Below, one piece after another: positions 1-10,656 of a stretch of 21,515 bases of DNA. Under the pieces are notes generated by a model, which did no database searches, was not told the origin of the DNA, and was given only the letters and a program-made list of their open reading frames with translations. The first letter of the stretch is position 1; each line of letters opens with the position of its first letter. The DNA is from Paraspadella gotoi. Taxonomy: Eukaryota; Animalia; Chaetognatha. The DNA is taken from the NCBI GenBank assembly GCA_051294375.1, contig CM119268.1, positions 1,672,580-1,694,094 on the forward strand. Reading direction: 5' to 3'. Position numbers and translations under genes: made by a program.

Positions 1-118
1 CTCATTTAAAATCGAATAATTCAAGCAATACTGATTATTCTGTTTAATATATGGCAATATGGCATACAAGTGGCATATGTTTTTAAATGTATTTTTTTAT
101 ACGTATAAATAAACTTAA

Positions 119-163
119 CCAGTCTCTTCGGAGGCGTGGGTTCCGAATCCCACGCTGCCACCA
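119..163 (+). pseudogene. 3' half of tRNA-Leu (AAG/TAG type) with genomically encoded CCA; truncated tRNA retrocopy
   Basis: ccagtctcttcggaggcgtgggttccgaatcccacgctgcca+cca matches the variable arm, T arm and acceptor 3' strand of metazoan tRNA-Leu (CCAGTCTCTTCGGAGGCGTGGGTTCGAATCCCACCGCTGCCA) apart from one C gained and one C lost. The D arm and anticodon 5' half are absent. Confidence 0.8.
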
Positions 164-246
164 CATTTAATAAGTAAGTAGACAGGGATTTCAACATGAA
201 ACCAAAGTGGAATTTATTTCAGAGTATAAACAAGCGTAAGACGGTG

Positions 247-446
247 TCAGAATTTGGAAAAGTATTTATACAGAGCCATATATATCATCGAAACGGCTGG
301 TTTCCCGATGGCATGAAGCCCATCTTGATTGGCTTCCGTTGGTGATTCGTCCAATGAGAAGATGGAATCCAGCTTTCGGCGGATTCTAACGAGTCGCGGA
401 TCTCCAATTCCATCTTGCAATGTTGGAACATTGGTACATAGCAAAC
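247..446 (-). CDS. Putative terminal exon of an unidentified minus-strand gene
   Basis: On the minus strand, tttttattatttaag|G is an acceptor (AG at 448-447). A more GC-balanced island follows with two open frames (stop at 287-285 or 249-247), then AATAAA at 218-213. No homology recognised and the frame is ambiguous. Confidence 0.4.
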
Positions 447-1033
447 CTTAAATAATAAAAATATACCATGTAATACCCGAACACAATAAGAGTCAGGACA
501 TGTGTCATCAAACTAGTTTGTTTGTTAAAACCTGATCATGCATACACGTGACCTCAGCTTAGGATTCGCGATGCAAGGAGAGAGAGAGAGAGAGAGAAAA
601 GCTCAAGTTAGTTGATATTCGTTTCCAGAATTAACTATTTTGTCATTCATCCTGGATACAAGCAAATTTGTTTGTTATTTGGTTTGTTTGTTTGTTTAAT
701 ACTATGTCATACTATCTCATACTATCAATTGTTGATTGTCTATTTCGTTTTTAAACTTTTTATAATTTCTCTTTCGTTCTCATTTCCAGCCCCTAATTTT
801 TTCAATATTTCAATAAACTTTTCGTGATGTTTTATTGTTTATCTTATACGAGATTATAGTTTATAGTAATAAAAATAAACATCTGGGTTATGGTTTAGGT
901 GTTATGTGGATCTTTGCATTTTATTCTCCAGAAAAAAACCATTAAGTCGAATAGATCAAGAGAATAAAGAGAAGAGAAAAAAAGATCAGGAAATCGTTTG
1001 ACACTCACTCGGATTACAACCAATGAGAGAGAG

Positions 1034-1058
1034 NNNNNNNNNNNNNNNNNNNNNNNNN
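1034..1058. other. Assembly gap (25 N)
   Basis: N run; the duplicated segment starts immediately after it. Confidence 0.99.
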
Positions 1059-1707
1059 CGAGGCGGCGTTTTTGAATCGTCCGCATGACGACAGACTTTT
1101 AAACATAACAGAAAAAATATGAACCAAGGAAACTAGACAGATGGATGGAATCGGAATGCAGATATATTAGAGGGGAGGGGGAAGATTTGAAATACAAAAA
1201 TTAGGAAAGTAAAAATAGAGTAATATTAGAAATAATATAGAATTCTATATAATAATCTGAAATAATATTAGAAAAAGAAAAAACGTGAATTAGATCGTCC
1301 TCACACTTTTCGGAGATTAATCAAAGGAAAGAAGAAGGAAAAGATTAAAGAAGAAAGCGGAGGTAAAGTTAACGCGAAGCAGGCGCTCCCCTGCTGTCGA
1401 GCGTGAGATGTGACGACGTGAGAACCCGAAAAAAAAACTTTTTTAGGGGAAAAAAGACAACAAAAAATACGTTAATAGGATAAAGTAACATAAACAAGAA
1501 TATCTGTAAGGACCTGTTGAAAATCCAGAGGACAATCGTCTTGGCTTCAACGCCGGAAACCCAATTAGATAACGGGAGCTGGAAACCGGGATCGGAGAAA
1601 CGATGTGAAGTGAAAAATCGTTGGATTAAAACCGGGATTCGGTCGACGGCGCCTTGCCGAGACGTAATTAGGCTGAAGTGCGCTCTCTCTCTTGTGTGTG
1701 ACAAAGG

Positions 1708-1738
<31 letters not shown>

Positions 1739-1763
1739 GAGAGAGGAGGAGAGAAAGAGGAGG

Positions 1764-1810
<47 letters not shown>
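1059..1810 (+). repeat. Direct duplicate (copy A) of 4283-5005, ending in (GA)n
   Basis: Colinear from cgaggcggcgtttttgaatcgt to gtaattaggctgaagt..gtgtgtga and the GA tract. Differences are mostly 1-nt indels. Confidence 0.9.
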
Positions 1811-1811
<1 letters not shown>

Positions 1812-3123
1812 CGAGATCGATCCATTTCTTTACGAACTCCGTTACACCTTTTTAAAGATTTTCCCTCTCTCCCTCTTCGACTCACTCTGTTCTCTATTCG
1901 TTCCTTTCCTTTCTTAAATCTAACGATTATCCTTTTTCTTCAATTATGTCTCCCTCTCTCTTTTTCCACTTTTCTTCTGATTTTTCTTTTTCTTCTTCTC
2001 TCCTTTTCTACTTTAACCATATATTCTTTTTCTTCTAACCATTTGGTTATTATTCTCTTCTCATTCTCTCTCTCTCCTCTCTCTCTCTCTCTCTTCTCTC
2101 CTCTCTCTCTCTCTCTCTCTCTGAGCATATACTTGAACTTCGAGGACCCCCAATTTGCCGCGTCACTCTATTGGTTTCCCGGGGCTGCGGCTATTGTTCT
2201 CCCCGTCCGCTGGGCTCAGGTCGCGGACCTGACCCGAACCCGACCCCGACGGGTCATTCTCTTCTCTTCTCTTCTCTTCTCTCCTCTCTCGGCCGCGTCA
2301 TCGCTTTAATGATCGGGAGTCCGCGATTACCGACGGAGCTGAAAGTCGCGGATCGAGACTCTTTTCTTCTCTGTTTCTTTAATCTCAAAAGAATAAAAAA
2401 TAGGAAAATAAAAATGATAAATAAAATAATAAATAAAAAAAGGAAGGAAATAAATAAACAAAAATTTGATTGTGAAAAAAATATGGTCACAGACTCTCTC
2501 TCTTTCTTCTCTATTTATTTATTTTTTTTAAATTTTCTATCTTCTATGATTTTTGAATTTTCTGAATTATTATTTTTTCCCTTAATTATTGTTTTCTATT
2601 TTCTTAATTTTCATTTGTATCATTTGTATTTAATATTTTTTAAACTGAAACAAAAAAAATTACAATTTCTATTATTAAAATGATTTAAAATGATTAAAAA
2701 AGAATACTGGCAGGCGAAATTGCTTAGGATTCCTCTTCAGATTTCCAGACAACTGTTTTGCTCGGGGCTTTTGTTTCATGCTTTGCTCCACTCTCCACTC
2801 TCGGTATAAAGGGACCTCTTCAAACAATTCGGCGCAAAGGCAGCTTTCCAGACAAAAGACAGGGTTAAAAACTTTGCTAGACTTTTTCAAAAAAATTGTG
2901 ATTTAGGTAATCGAATTAAAATTAAAAATAATTAAATCAATTAAATGTTTAAGTGAGAAAAAATCTATTTTTGTTTTTATTTGCAGTGTTTAGGGAGACA
3001 GTTTGAGTTTTTAGTTTGACAACGATTGATTTATTTTATTGTAAAAACAGACATGTTTTCGGCTTCATTTCGTGTTTAAATTAAAACAATTAAAAAGATT
3101 CATAATTAGATGAATGGAACACT

Positions 3124-3230
3124 GATAGAAGGCTTAAACCACCAAAGCCTGTCCAAAGTCAGGGGGCAAGATAGCTTATTTATTAAATAATGGATAACTT
3201 TTATATTGATTGTACCAATTTCATAAGTCA
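3124..3230 (+). repeat. Dispersed repeat fragment, homologous to 20044-20140
   Basis: Shared cctgtccaaagtcagggg..aatggataa.ttt..attg.ttgtaccaatttcataa. Confidence 0.8.
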
Positions 3231-4282
3231 TATTAGTAAAAGGAAGTGTTGTGAAGAGAAATCACAGCGCCGCAACAAGTTGGACTTGCTGGTTTCTGTT
3301 TAATTTGTTTAGTTGCTTTAAAAATTTAATACAAAGGCAAACGTTTCCCAGTTATTTTTTTTAATCAATGATCAATTTTTGTGCACTGTAATTATAAATT
3401 TTTTAATAATTTTTTGTAAACAAATTTTTGTTTCTTCATCGCCATAACTAATTTTAATATTACGCACATTAATGATTCAACATTAAACTAAATATAAACG
3501 GAATGATAGTTAAAAAAATTCTAAACATTGTAATTAAGTTGCATCTCTCTCTCCTGTGTAAATTTTTCCTGACATCAGTGTTTTTAGGTAGGACAATAGC
3601 CTTGGATATTCCAAAAGTTATATTCAGTAATATGAGTTATTTTCCCCAAAAAATTTATTTGTGTAAATTAAAATTGAAAGAATCAGAGCCATAAGAGGAA
3701 AAGGAAAAACAATGTCCCCCGTGACCAGCAGATTTCGGACGAAGTTCCTGTTTGATCGGGCGCGGTATTATCTTCCATTCAAGAGTTTTTTTTTCTCTCC
3801 GCACCCCGACCTCTCGAGGTCCCCGGCGGCAAAAATGGTCCGGCCGACGTGGTCCGGCCATGGTGGACAAAAAGCTCGGCTGGGCCGAACACCATGGCTT
3901 CCTCAGGCGCCGAAGAGTTCCGGAGTAGTACCATTGCTCTCTGCGTCTCTCTCTTCTCTCTGTCTCTCTCTCCTCCCGTCTCCTCTCAATCTCATCTCTC
4001 TCTCTTCAGTTATCCTTTGCTCTCTTGTCTATATCCTACAGCCCGTTTTTCTTTTTTGAGCTATCAAAGTCGGGAGGCCAAAAAAAGAAAGAAAATCTAG
4101 CCCGCTGCAACGAATTCGCAAATGGTGACATTGGATTTACGAGGCCCGAGAAATTCTCCTCCCTGCTCTCTCTCTCTCTCTCTTCCTCCCTCTCTCCTCT
4201 CTCTCTCCTCTCTCTCCCTCTCTTCTCTTCCTCTCCTCCTCTTCCTCTCTAAAAAAAAAGGACGGAAGCAGGAAATCGAGAT

Positions 4283-4911
4283 CGAGGCGGCGTTTTTGAA
4301 TCGTCGCCATGACGACGACTTTTAAACATAAAAGAAAAAATATGAAAAACAGAGAAACTAGAAGATGGATGGAATCGAGAATGAAATATGTAGAGGGGAG
4401 GGGGGGAAGATTTGAAAGAAAAAAATGAGGAAAGTAATAAATAAATATTAGAAATAATATAATCCAATATATAATCTAATAAATATTAGAAAAGAAGAAA
4501 ACCGTGAATTAGATTCGTCCTCACACTTTTGGAGATTAATCAAAGGAAAAGAAGAAGGAAAAAAGATTAAGAAGAAAAGCGGAAGGTAAAGTTAACGCGA
4601 AGCAGGCGTCCCTGCTGTCGAGCGTGAGATGTGAGACGTGAGACGCCGAAAAAAAAACTTTTTAGGGGAAAAAAGACAACAAAAAATACTTAATAGATAA
4701 AGTAAAATAAACAAAGAATACTGTAAGGACTGTTGAAAATCCAGAGGACAATCGTCTTGGCTCAACGCCGAAACCCAATTAGATACGGAGCTGGAACCGG
4801 GGACGGAACCGGATCGACAAAGTGTGAAGTGAAAAATCGTTGATGAAAACCGGGATTCGGTCGACGGGCGACTTGGCGACGACGGTAATTAGGCTGAAGT
4901 CGCTCTCTTCT

Positions 4912-4999
<88 letters not shown>

Positions 5000-5005
5000 A
5001 AGAGA
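4283..5005 (+). repeat. Direct duplicate (copy B) of 1059-1810
   Basis: Same colinear match as copy A. Confidence 0.9.
4720..4884 (+). CDS. Possible upstream coding exon of the BAR-RhoGAP gene (frameshifted, noisy; start approximate)
   Basis: Merging copies A and B by eye gives ...ETQLDTELExIEKRCEV..., loosely like RICH-family EKTEVLSEDLLQIERRLDTV. It ends in cg|gtaatt (donor 4885), and G+AA gives Glu at the next exon. Indel correction is required. Confidence 0.35.
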
Positions 5006-5469
5006 GAAAAGATGGTTGAACGTGAATGGGAAAGAATAAAAGAATGAAAATGGTCGGAAGACGATGATTGTGAAAGATGGCGGGAAGTGCAGAGGGGGCG
5101 GTGAGGTGGTGTTGGAGGTGAGAAAAAAGAGCAACAGAAAAAAAAAGAGCTAAAGCTGAAAAAAGAAGGACCGGCGCAGGGGGGGAGAAGGAGGTAGAGA
5201 AGGGGGCGGAGAGGGGGGGATGAGCGAGAAAGGAAGCGAAAAGATGGCGGACGGCGAAGAGGAAAAATGACCTGCGTATGAGTCTCTGAAGACGACGACG
5301 ACGACGACGACGAAAACGCTGAAAAAAACATTATTTTGCCGACGACAAATAATTATAATACGAATATAATTATAATTATAAGTTTATGGTTTAAACTTGA
5401 AACACATTGACTGCGACATGTGACAACTCGGTAAATAAATTTGCATCAGATATGCTCTTAACAGTAAAC

Positions 5470-5680
5470 AAATGTGGATGAGACGGCTGAAGAGCTATCC
5501 GCAACTTCTTTAACCCCCTCTAGCAGCCAAGGAACGAGTCCTGGGTTTTCCGACCGTCCTCAAGCTTCCCGCTGGAGATCGATCCCTGAGCCTGATGGTT
5601 AATTAGCCACCGGGTCACAACTGAAGGTGTTATGCTTAAACTTAAAGGCGGGGTAAACTTGTTGTAATTCCCGACTGCAT
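5470..5680 (-). mobile_element. tRNA-derived SINE-like repeat, copy 1 (internally deleted)
   Basis: Reverse complement aligns with 14539-14805 (cagttgtgacccggtg, ccagcgggaagc.tgaggacgg, ggctgctagagggggttaaa). Confidence 0.7.
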
Positions 5681-5832
5681 GACAACAGCAACAACGACGA
5701 CTCAGATGCAATTGACAACAACAACTTCGACGACGACAACAACGACGACGACGCCGACGACGACGACGGCGAGGTTGACGATGACGACGACGACGACGAC
5801 GACGACGACGAGGTTGAAGAGGACGATGACAA
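5681..5832. repeat. (GAC/AAC)n trinucleotide microsatellite
   Basis: Direct reading. Confidence 0.95.
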
Positions 5833-6254
5833 CGCCTCAGACGTCGGGCCTTTCAGATAAAAGAATAAAAGGATTTTCTTTTCTGCCTCGAAATTTTAGT
5901 TCCGGTTTTTTTCCCAAAAATATTTTTCTCACTAATTTTTTTTTTCTTCAAAAATGTTTTCGTGTTTTTTTTTTAACTTTATTTTTCTTTCTCCTTTTTT
6001 CATTTAAGGGTCTTCTTCTCTCTTTCTCTCTCTTTCTCGCGTCTTTCTCTCTCTCTCTCTCTGTCTCTCTCTGTTTCTTCCCGTCGCCGTGGCTTTAAAT
6101 AGACTAACCCGTTCGATCTGACCAAGTAGATCTAAAGCCTCCGACAATTTGCCTCCCTTTTCTCAATGAATTTAATATTAGAATATTTAATATTTATTAT
6201 CAGTATTAAAACTTCGCACTTTCCACTAAAACACGATGTTCGTTGTCTCGGCAG

Positions 6255-6386
6255 AACCATGCGTCCGTCACCTTGGCAACGACCCGGAGAAAAGACTCAA
6301 ACGAATTCCGGAGATTCAACTGTCCCAGTGCATGCAGGGATCGGGAAATTCGCTGAAAGAGATCGACGGGCAAGCATCGCTGCTTG
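6255..6386 (+). CDS. BAR-RhoGAP exon (BAR domain: xPCVRHLGNDPEKRLKRIP..QASLLG)
   Basis: Acceptor gtctcggcag| and donor G|gtgagt; phase 1 at both ends. Resembles RICH1 ACFQGQHGTDAERRHKKLP..DSLLG. Confidence 0.88.
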
Positions 6387-6834
6387 GTGAGTTGGAAGCA
6401 TTGATTGCTTCAAAGAGATAAGAACGTACTGTAGTGTACGTAGTGTACGTACTGTTTAGTCAAAAAATAAAAATATTTAACTCGAAAAAAGAGAATAAAT
6501 TTATTAAAGAATAAATTTAAAATCAAAACATAAACCAAATTCTTTTTTCCAAACCGTTTTTGTATTGGATCTCTGTTTATATTCTATTTCATCACTTATT
6601 TTTAAATTTATAAAAAAAGAAAAAACATTTAAAAGATGTGGGTGGATTTTTAATATATAAAAATACAAATCCGTATACATCCAAATGTTTTGTTCCACCT
6701 TAAATGTTATATTTTTCCTTTCCTAGTCTTCCTCTTTTCTCCAATCGTTCCTATAATTCCTACCTCCCTCTCTTTTTATCCTTCCTACCTCCCTCTTTTT
6801 TCCATTGTCTCTTCTTCCTTCAAAACCCTTTTTT

Positions 6835-7250
6835 CATTCATTTTTTCCCCTTTCCCTTTTCCTTTCTTCTCACAATTCATTGTTCTTTCTTTTTCCTGTT
6901 CCTTTCTTTTCACAATTCATTCTCCTTTCTTTTCTCTTTTCCCTTTTCCTTTCTTCTCACAATTCATTGTCCTTTCTTTTTCCTGTTCCTTTGTTTTCAG
7001 AATTCATTCTCCTTTCTTTTCCCTTTTCCCTTTTCCTTTCTTTTCACAATTCATTCTCCTTTCTTTTCCCTTTTTCTTTCTTCTCGCAATTTATTCTCCT
7101 TTCTTTTCCCTTTTCCTTTCTTCTCAACAATTCATTCTCTTTTCTTTTCCCTTTTCCTTTCTTCTCAACAATTTATTCTCTTTTCTTTTCCCTTTTCCTT
7201 TCTTCTCAAAATTCATTCTTCTTTCTTTTTCCTTTTTCTTTTCTCTTTTC
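6835..7250. repeat. Pyrimidine-rich minisatellite, ~36-41 bp unit (ttttcccttttcctttcttctcacaattcattctcctttc)
   Basis: About 10 diverged copies with recurring caattcattct. Confidence 0.9.
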
Positions 7251-7356
7251 CCTTTTCACGCTTAATCCTTTCCTCATCCAAATCTTCTTTTCTCTCTCCC
7301 TATTTTCCTTCTCTCTGGGGCCATCAATCTTATTTTGTGACCTGACTCTTCTCAAT

Positions 7357-7421
7357 TCCTATCACTCCTATCACTCCTATCACTCCTATCACTCCTATCA
7401 CCCATATCACTCCTATCACTC
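7357..7421. repeat. 9-bp tandem repeat (tcctatcac)n
   Basis: About 7 copies upstream of the 7479 acceptor. Confidence 0.9.
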
Positions 7422-7478
7422 CTCCATTCCCCCACCTCCTCCCTAATTCCGCTCCACATCCCCGCCCCCCTTTCCAAG

Positions 7479-7620
7479 GCAACGTCCTCGATCAATGCGG
7501 AGAGGCCCAATGCGCCTTGGGACACGAACTCCTCAACTACGAGTTGCAGATCGAAGAATCGGTCCTGATTCCGCTCAACGCCATCTTGGAGCACGACATA
7601 CCCTGTATCTCCAAGAACAG
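7479..7620 (+). CDS. BAR-RhoGAP exon (GNVLDQCGEAQCALGHELLNYELQIEESVLIPLNAILEHDIPCISKNR)
   Basis: Acceptor tttccaag| and donor AG|gtgctg; 142 nt, phase 1 to 2. Resembles RICH1 GKMLETCGDAENQLALEL..EIPNIQKQR. Confidence 0.93.
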
Positions 7621-7714
7621 GTGCTGGGGGAGGTGTTGGGGGAGGTGCGAGGGGAAGTGCTGGAGGAGATGCTGGGGAAGGTGCTGGGAGAGGTGCTGAA
7701 GGAGGTGCGGAGAG
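7619..7714 (+). repeat. 12-bp G-rich tandem repeat (AGGTGCTGGGGG) x8 beginning at the splice donor
   Basis: Units start at 7619, 7631, 7643, 7655, 7667, 7679, 7691 and 7703. Confidence 0.9.
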
Positions 7715-7739
7715 GAGTTGGCTCGATTCTGGGAATTGA

Positions 7740-8106
7740 GTGAATCGAGTGAATGAATCAATCAATGAATCAATGAATATATGAGGGAATGAATGAATCA
7801 ATCAATCAATGAGGGAATGAATGAATGAATGAATTAATTAATTAATTAATTAATTAATTATTTGATAAATCAGTGAGGAAATGAATGAATCAGTAAGTGA
7901 ATGAATCAATGATATAAATGAATGAATCAGTGAGGGAATGAATGATTGAATGAATCAATTAGGGAATGAATGAATGAATGACTTAATGAATCAGTTAGGA
8001 AATGAATGAATCATTGAATGAATGAATCAGTAAGGGAACGAATCAATTATATAAATGAATGAATCAGTGAGGGAATTAATGAATCAATCAATCAATCAAT
8101 CAATGA
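7740..8106. repeat. (GAAT/CAAT/TAAT)n compound tetranucleotide repeat
   Basis: Direct reading. Confidence 0.92.
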
Positions 8107-8654
8107 AATCACGAAAAAATCATACAAAAAGAACGAACGAACAGAGAAAAAAAAACATGCGTGAATAAATGAATATATATGCTATACATATATAAAATCG
8201 ATGAAGGAAAAAAAATGGAATTGATCTCGCGACAAAACTAATGAATAAATGGATGACCTTCTCTCGTCGTCGCTCGTAAACGGTCTTCCCCATTACAGAC
8301 GACCCCCCTCTGCCCTCCCCCCCTCTGCCCTCCTCCCTCCCCCTCGGGTCCCTTCTACACCCTTCCTTCGCCCGCCCCCCTCCAGACCCCGTCCCTCCCC
8401 CCCCCGCGAAATCCGTTCGCCGGCAGATCAACGACTCTGTTAATAGGTTCAATAAAAAAAGGAAAAAAAAACTTTTAATCTTTTATTATTCTTTACCTTT
8501 TCAAAAAAAAGAAAGAAATTAAGGGCTCTGGTGAAATTCTCTTTTCTTTTTTCTTTTTTCTTTTTTTATTTTATGGCCTTATTTTCCCAGAACGAACCAT
8601 TTTATTCTAAATTCGGAATTAGTTTCATTTTTCGAGTAAAAGATTTAGTTAAAG

Positions 8655-8776
8655 GTTAAGAATTTGGGTTAGGAATTTGGGTTAGGGATTTGGGTTAGAA
8701 ATTAAGTGAGCGATTAAGGTTAGGGACTTGGTTTGTGATTAGGGGTAGAGAATTTGAGTTAGGGATAGGGACTGGT
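8655..8776 (+). repeat. Degenerate GGGTTAGG-containing ~12-bp repeat
   Basis: ttgggttaggaatttgggttagggatttgggttag..ggttaggg..gttaggg. Confidence 0.6.
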
Positions 8777-8962
8777 TTATAAGTTTAAAAACATATCTAA
8801 ATTAAATATTAAAATTAAATTCTGAGATAAACGAACAGATATGGGCCACACTCGGAAAAGAGAGCCCATTTTTTTTCGTGAAGCTTCGATCGTCAAAGAC
8901 GAAAATAAACGAGAGGAAAAAAAATAAGAAAAAAATATTAAAAAAAAAGAGAATATCATAAA

Positions 8963-9334
8963 AATAAGATCGGTTCATCCAATGTGTTGCGCCCCAATGA
9001 CTTTATTTTCACGTGTATTTCCATTTAATCACATGATATGATATGACATGGCATGACATGACTAAAAAACTTTCTTCACCGGTGTATTTATGACATGCAC
9101 TTCATCAAAATGCCGTCTTTTATTCCTTATAGTTTTAGGAATTCCTGAAAATGTCTCTTAAATTTGAGGTTTTTTCTGTCTTAACAAATGAGCAACCAAC
9201 TCTAGGCAAATTAATGCATTTAAGTAAGTGGGACAGACAGATGGACAGACATACCGACCGACCTACCGACAGACCTAGCGACCTAAAAGTGACTTATAGA
9301 GTCGCTCGCGAGTACTCGCGGCGCAACTAAAAAA
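8963..9334 (-). mobile_element. Non-autonomous Helentron/DINE-1-like element (HINE), copy 1
   Basis: Reverse-complement homologue of 10657-11024. T-run start, subterminal palindrome cgcgagtactcgcg (9307-9320), (GTCY)-type microsatellite, and 3' hairpin followed by cttatt. Confidence 0.7.
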
Positions 9335-9397
9335 GGGAGGAAAGAACGTAATCGGTAGGAAGGAAAATATATGAAGAAGATTATAAAAACAGCGATG

Positions 9398-9436
9398 GAG
9401 AGAGAGAGAGAGAGAGAGAGAAGAGAGAAGAGAGAG

Positions 9437-9487
<51 letters not shown>

Positions 9488-9497
9488 AGAGAGAGAG
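9398..9497. repeat. (GA)n microsatellite
   Basis: Direct reading. Confidence 0.95.
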
Positions 9498-9947
9498 TGG
9501 AAAGATTAAATTTAAAAGAAAAAAAATATTGAGAAAACGAAGAGGATGGAAGTTTTGCGTAGGAGAAAAAAGCGGAAAAAAAGCAGAAAACGAAATGAAA
9601 GAAAAGCAGATGAAAAAAAGCAAAGTGAAGTGCGAGACGATTCAAGTTTTTATTTCTGATTTGAAAGGATGCGGAATTTATTTCGTCGACGTCGTCGTCG
9701 TAGTTGTCGTCGTCGTCGTCGTTGTCGTCGTCGCTAATTGACGCTCGATTCGTCGCTTTCCTCGTCGAACTCATTAGAAGACTTCGTCGTCGTTGTTGTT
9801 GTCGTTTTTGTCGTTGTTGTTGTCGTTGTCATTAAAACGTCATTGCTCTCGTTTCACTGGTTCTCGTTTTTGAAGATTCGTATGATGACTGATTCAGTGA
9901 TGTCGTTGTCACAAGTCACAACTGTTGTGAATCTTTGGAATGAATCA

Positions 9948-10115
9948 GGTTAAGGTTCGAGTGAGTTCAGGTTGGTTAAAGTGGAACCAGCGTAAGGTTG
10001 ACTTAAGTTCATGTGGATTAAAGTGGAACCAGGGTAAGGTTCAACTGGGTCTAGATAGGGTATGATTCAAGTGAGTTTAGGTGGGTTAAAGTGTAACCAG
10101 GGTAAGGTTCAAGTA
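9948..10115. repeat. ~42-bp diverged minisatellite (ttaaagtggaaccagggtaaggttcaagtgagttcaggtggg)
   Basis: ttaaagtg.aaccag.gtaaggtt recurs three times. Confidence 0.8.
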
Positions 10116-10656
10116 GATTTTGAGTTTTCGGCCTTGAACCTTGAATCCTTTTTTTTCCTTCTGAGGAAGAAAAAGAGAAAAAGAGAAAGAGAGACTCCCT
10201 CGGGTTTAATCGCTTCTCTTTGGAGGTCTTTCTATCTTTTCTTTCTCTCTTTTCTTTCCTTTCTATCTTTTCTTTCTCTCGTTTCTTTCCTTTCTATCTT
10301 TTCTTTCTCTCTTTTCTTTCCTTTCTATATTTTCTTTCTCTCTTTTCTTTCCTTCATATCTTTACTTTCTCTCTTTTTTTTCCTTTCTATCTTTTCTTTC
10401 TGTCTTTACTTTCTTTCTATTCTGCTTTTTCTTTTTTATCTATCTTTTATTATTTCTATCTTTCATTCATCCTTCTTTCTTTATTTTTATTTTCTTTCTT
10501 TCCATCTTTATATTCTCTTTCTTTATTCTTTTTCATTTTCATTCTTTTTTTCTTTTTTTTATTTGTTTATTCTTTTCTTTCTTTACTATATTTCTTTTCT
10601 TTCTTTTCTTTTTTGGTTTCTTTTACATGACCTTTTTTACATTTCTTCATTTATTC

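Noticed and set aside
119-163. Functional tRNA gene
   Set aside because: The 5' half, A-box and anticodon stem are absent.
1565-2683. Long ORFs rich in ER/SL/F/K
   Set aside because: Translations of (GA)n/(CT)n and AT-rich low-complexity DNA.
3712-4059. ORF as the first exon of the RhoGAP gene
   Set aside because: No resemblance to the RICH-family N-terminus and no convincing phase-compatible donor.
5485-5510. ctgaagag..cgcaac as a hammerhead ribozyme core
   Set aside because: No GAAA core or supporting stems, and not conserved in the other repeat copies.
6690-7446. Three overlapping ~200-aa F/S/L-rich ORFs resembling membrane proteins
   Set aside because: Pyrimidine minisatellite that lacks stop codons; intronic.
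8655-8776. Interstitial telomere
   Set aside because: Only scattered TTAGGG within a longer degenerate unit, with no tandem hexamer array.
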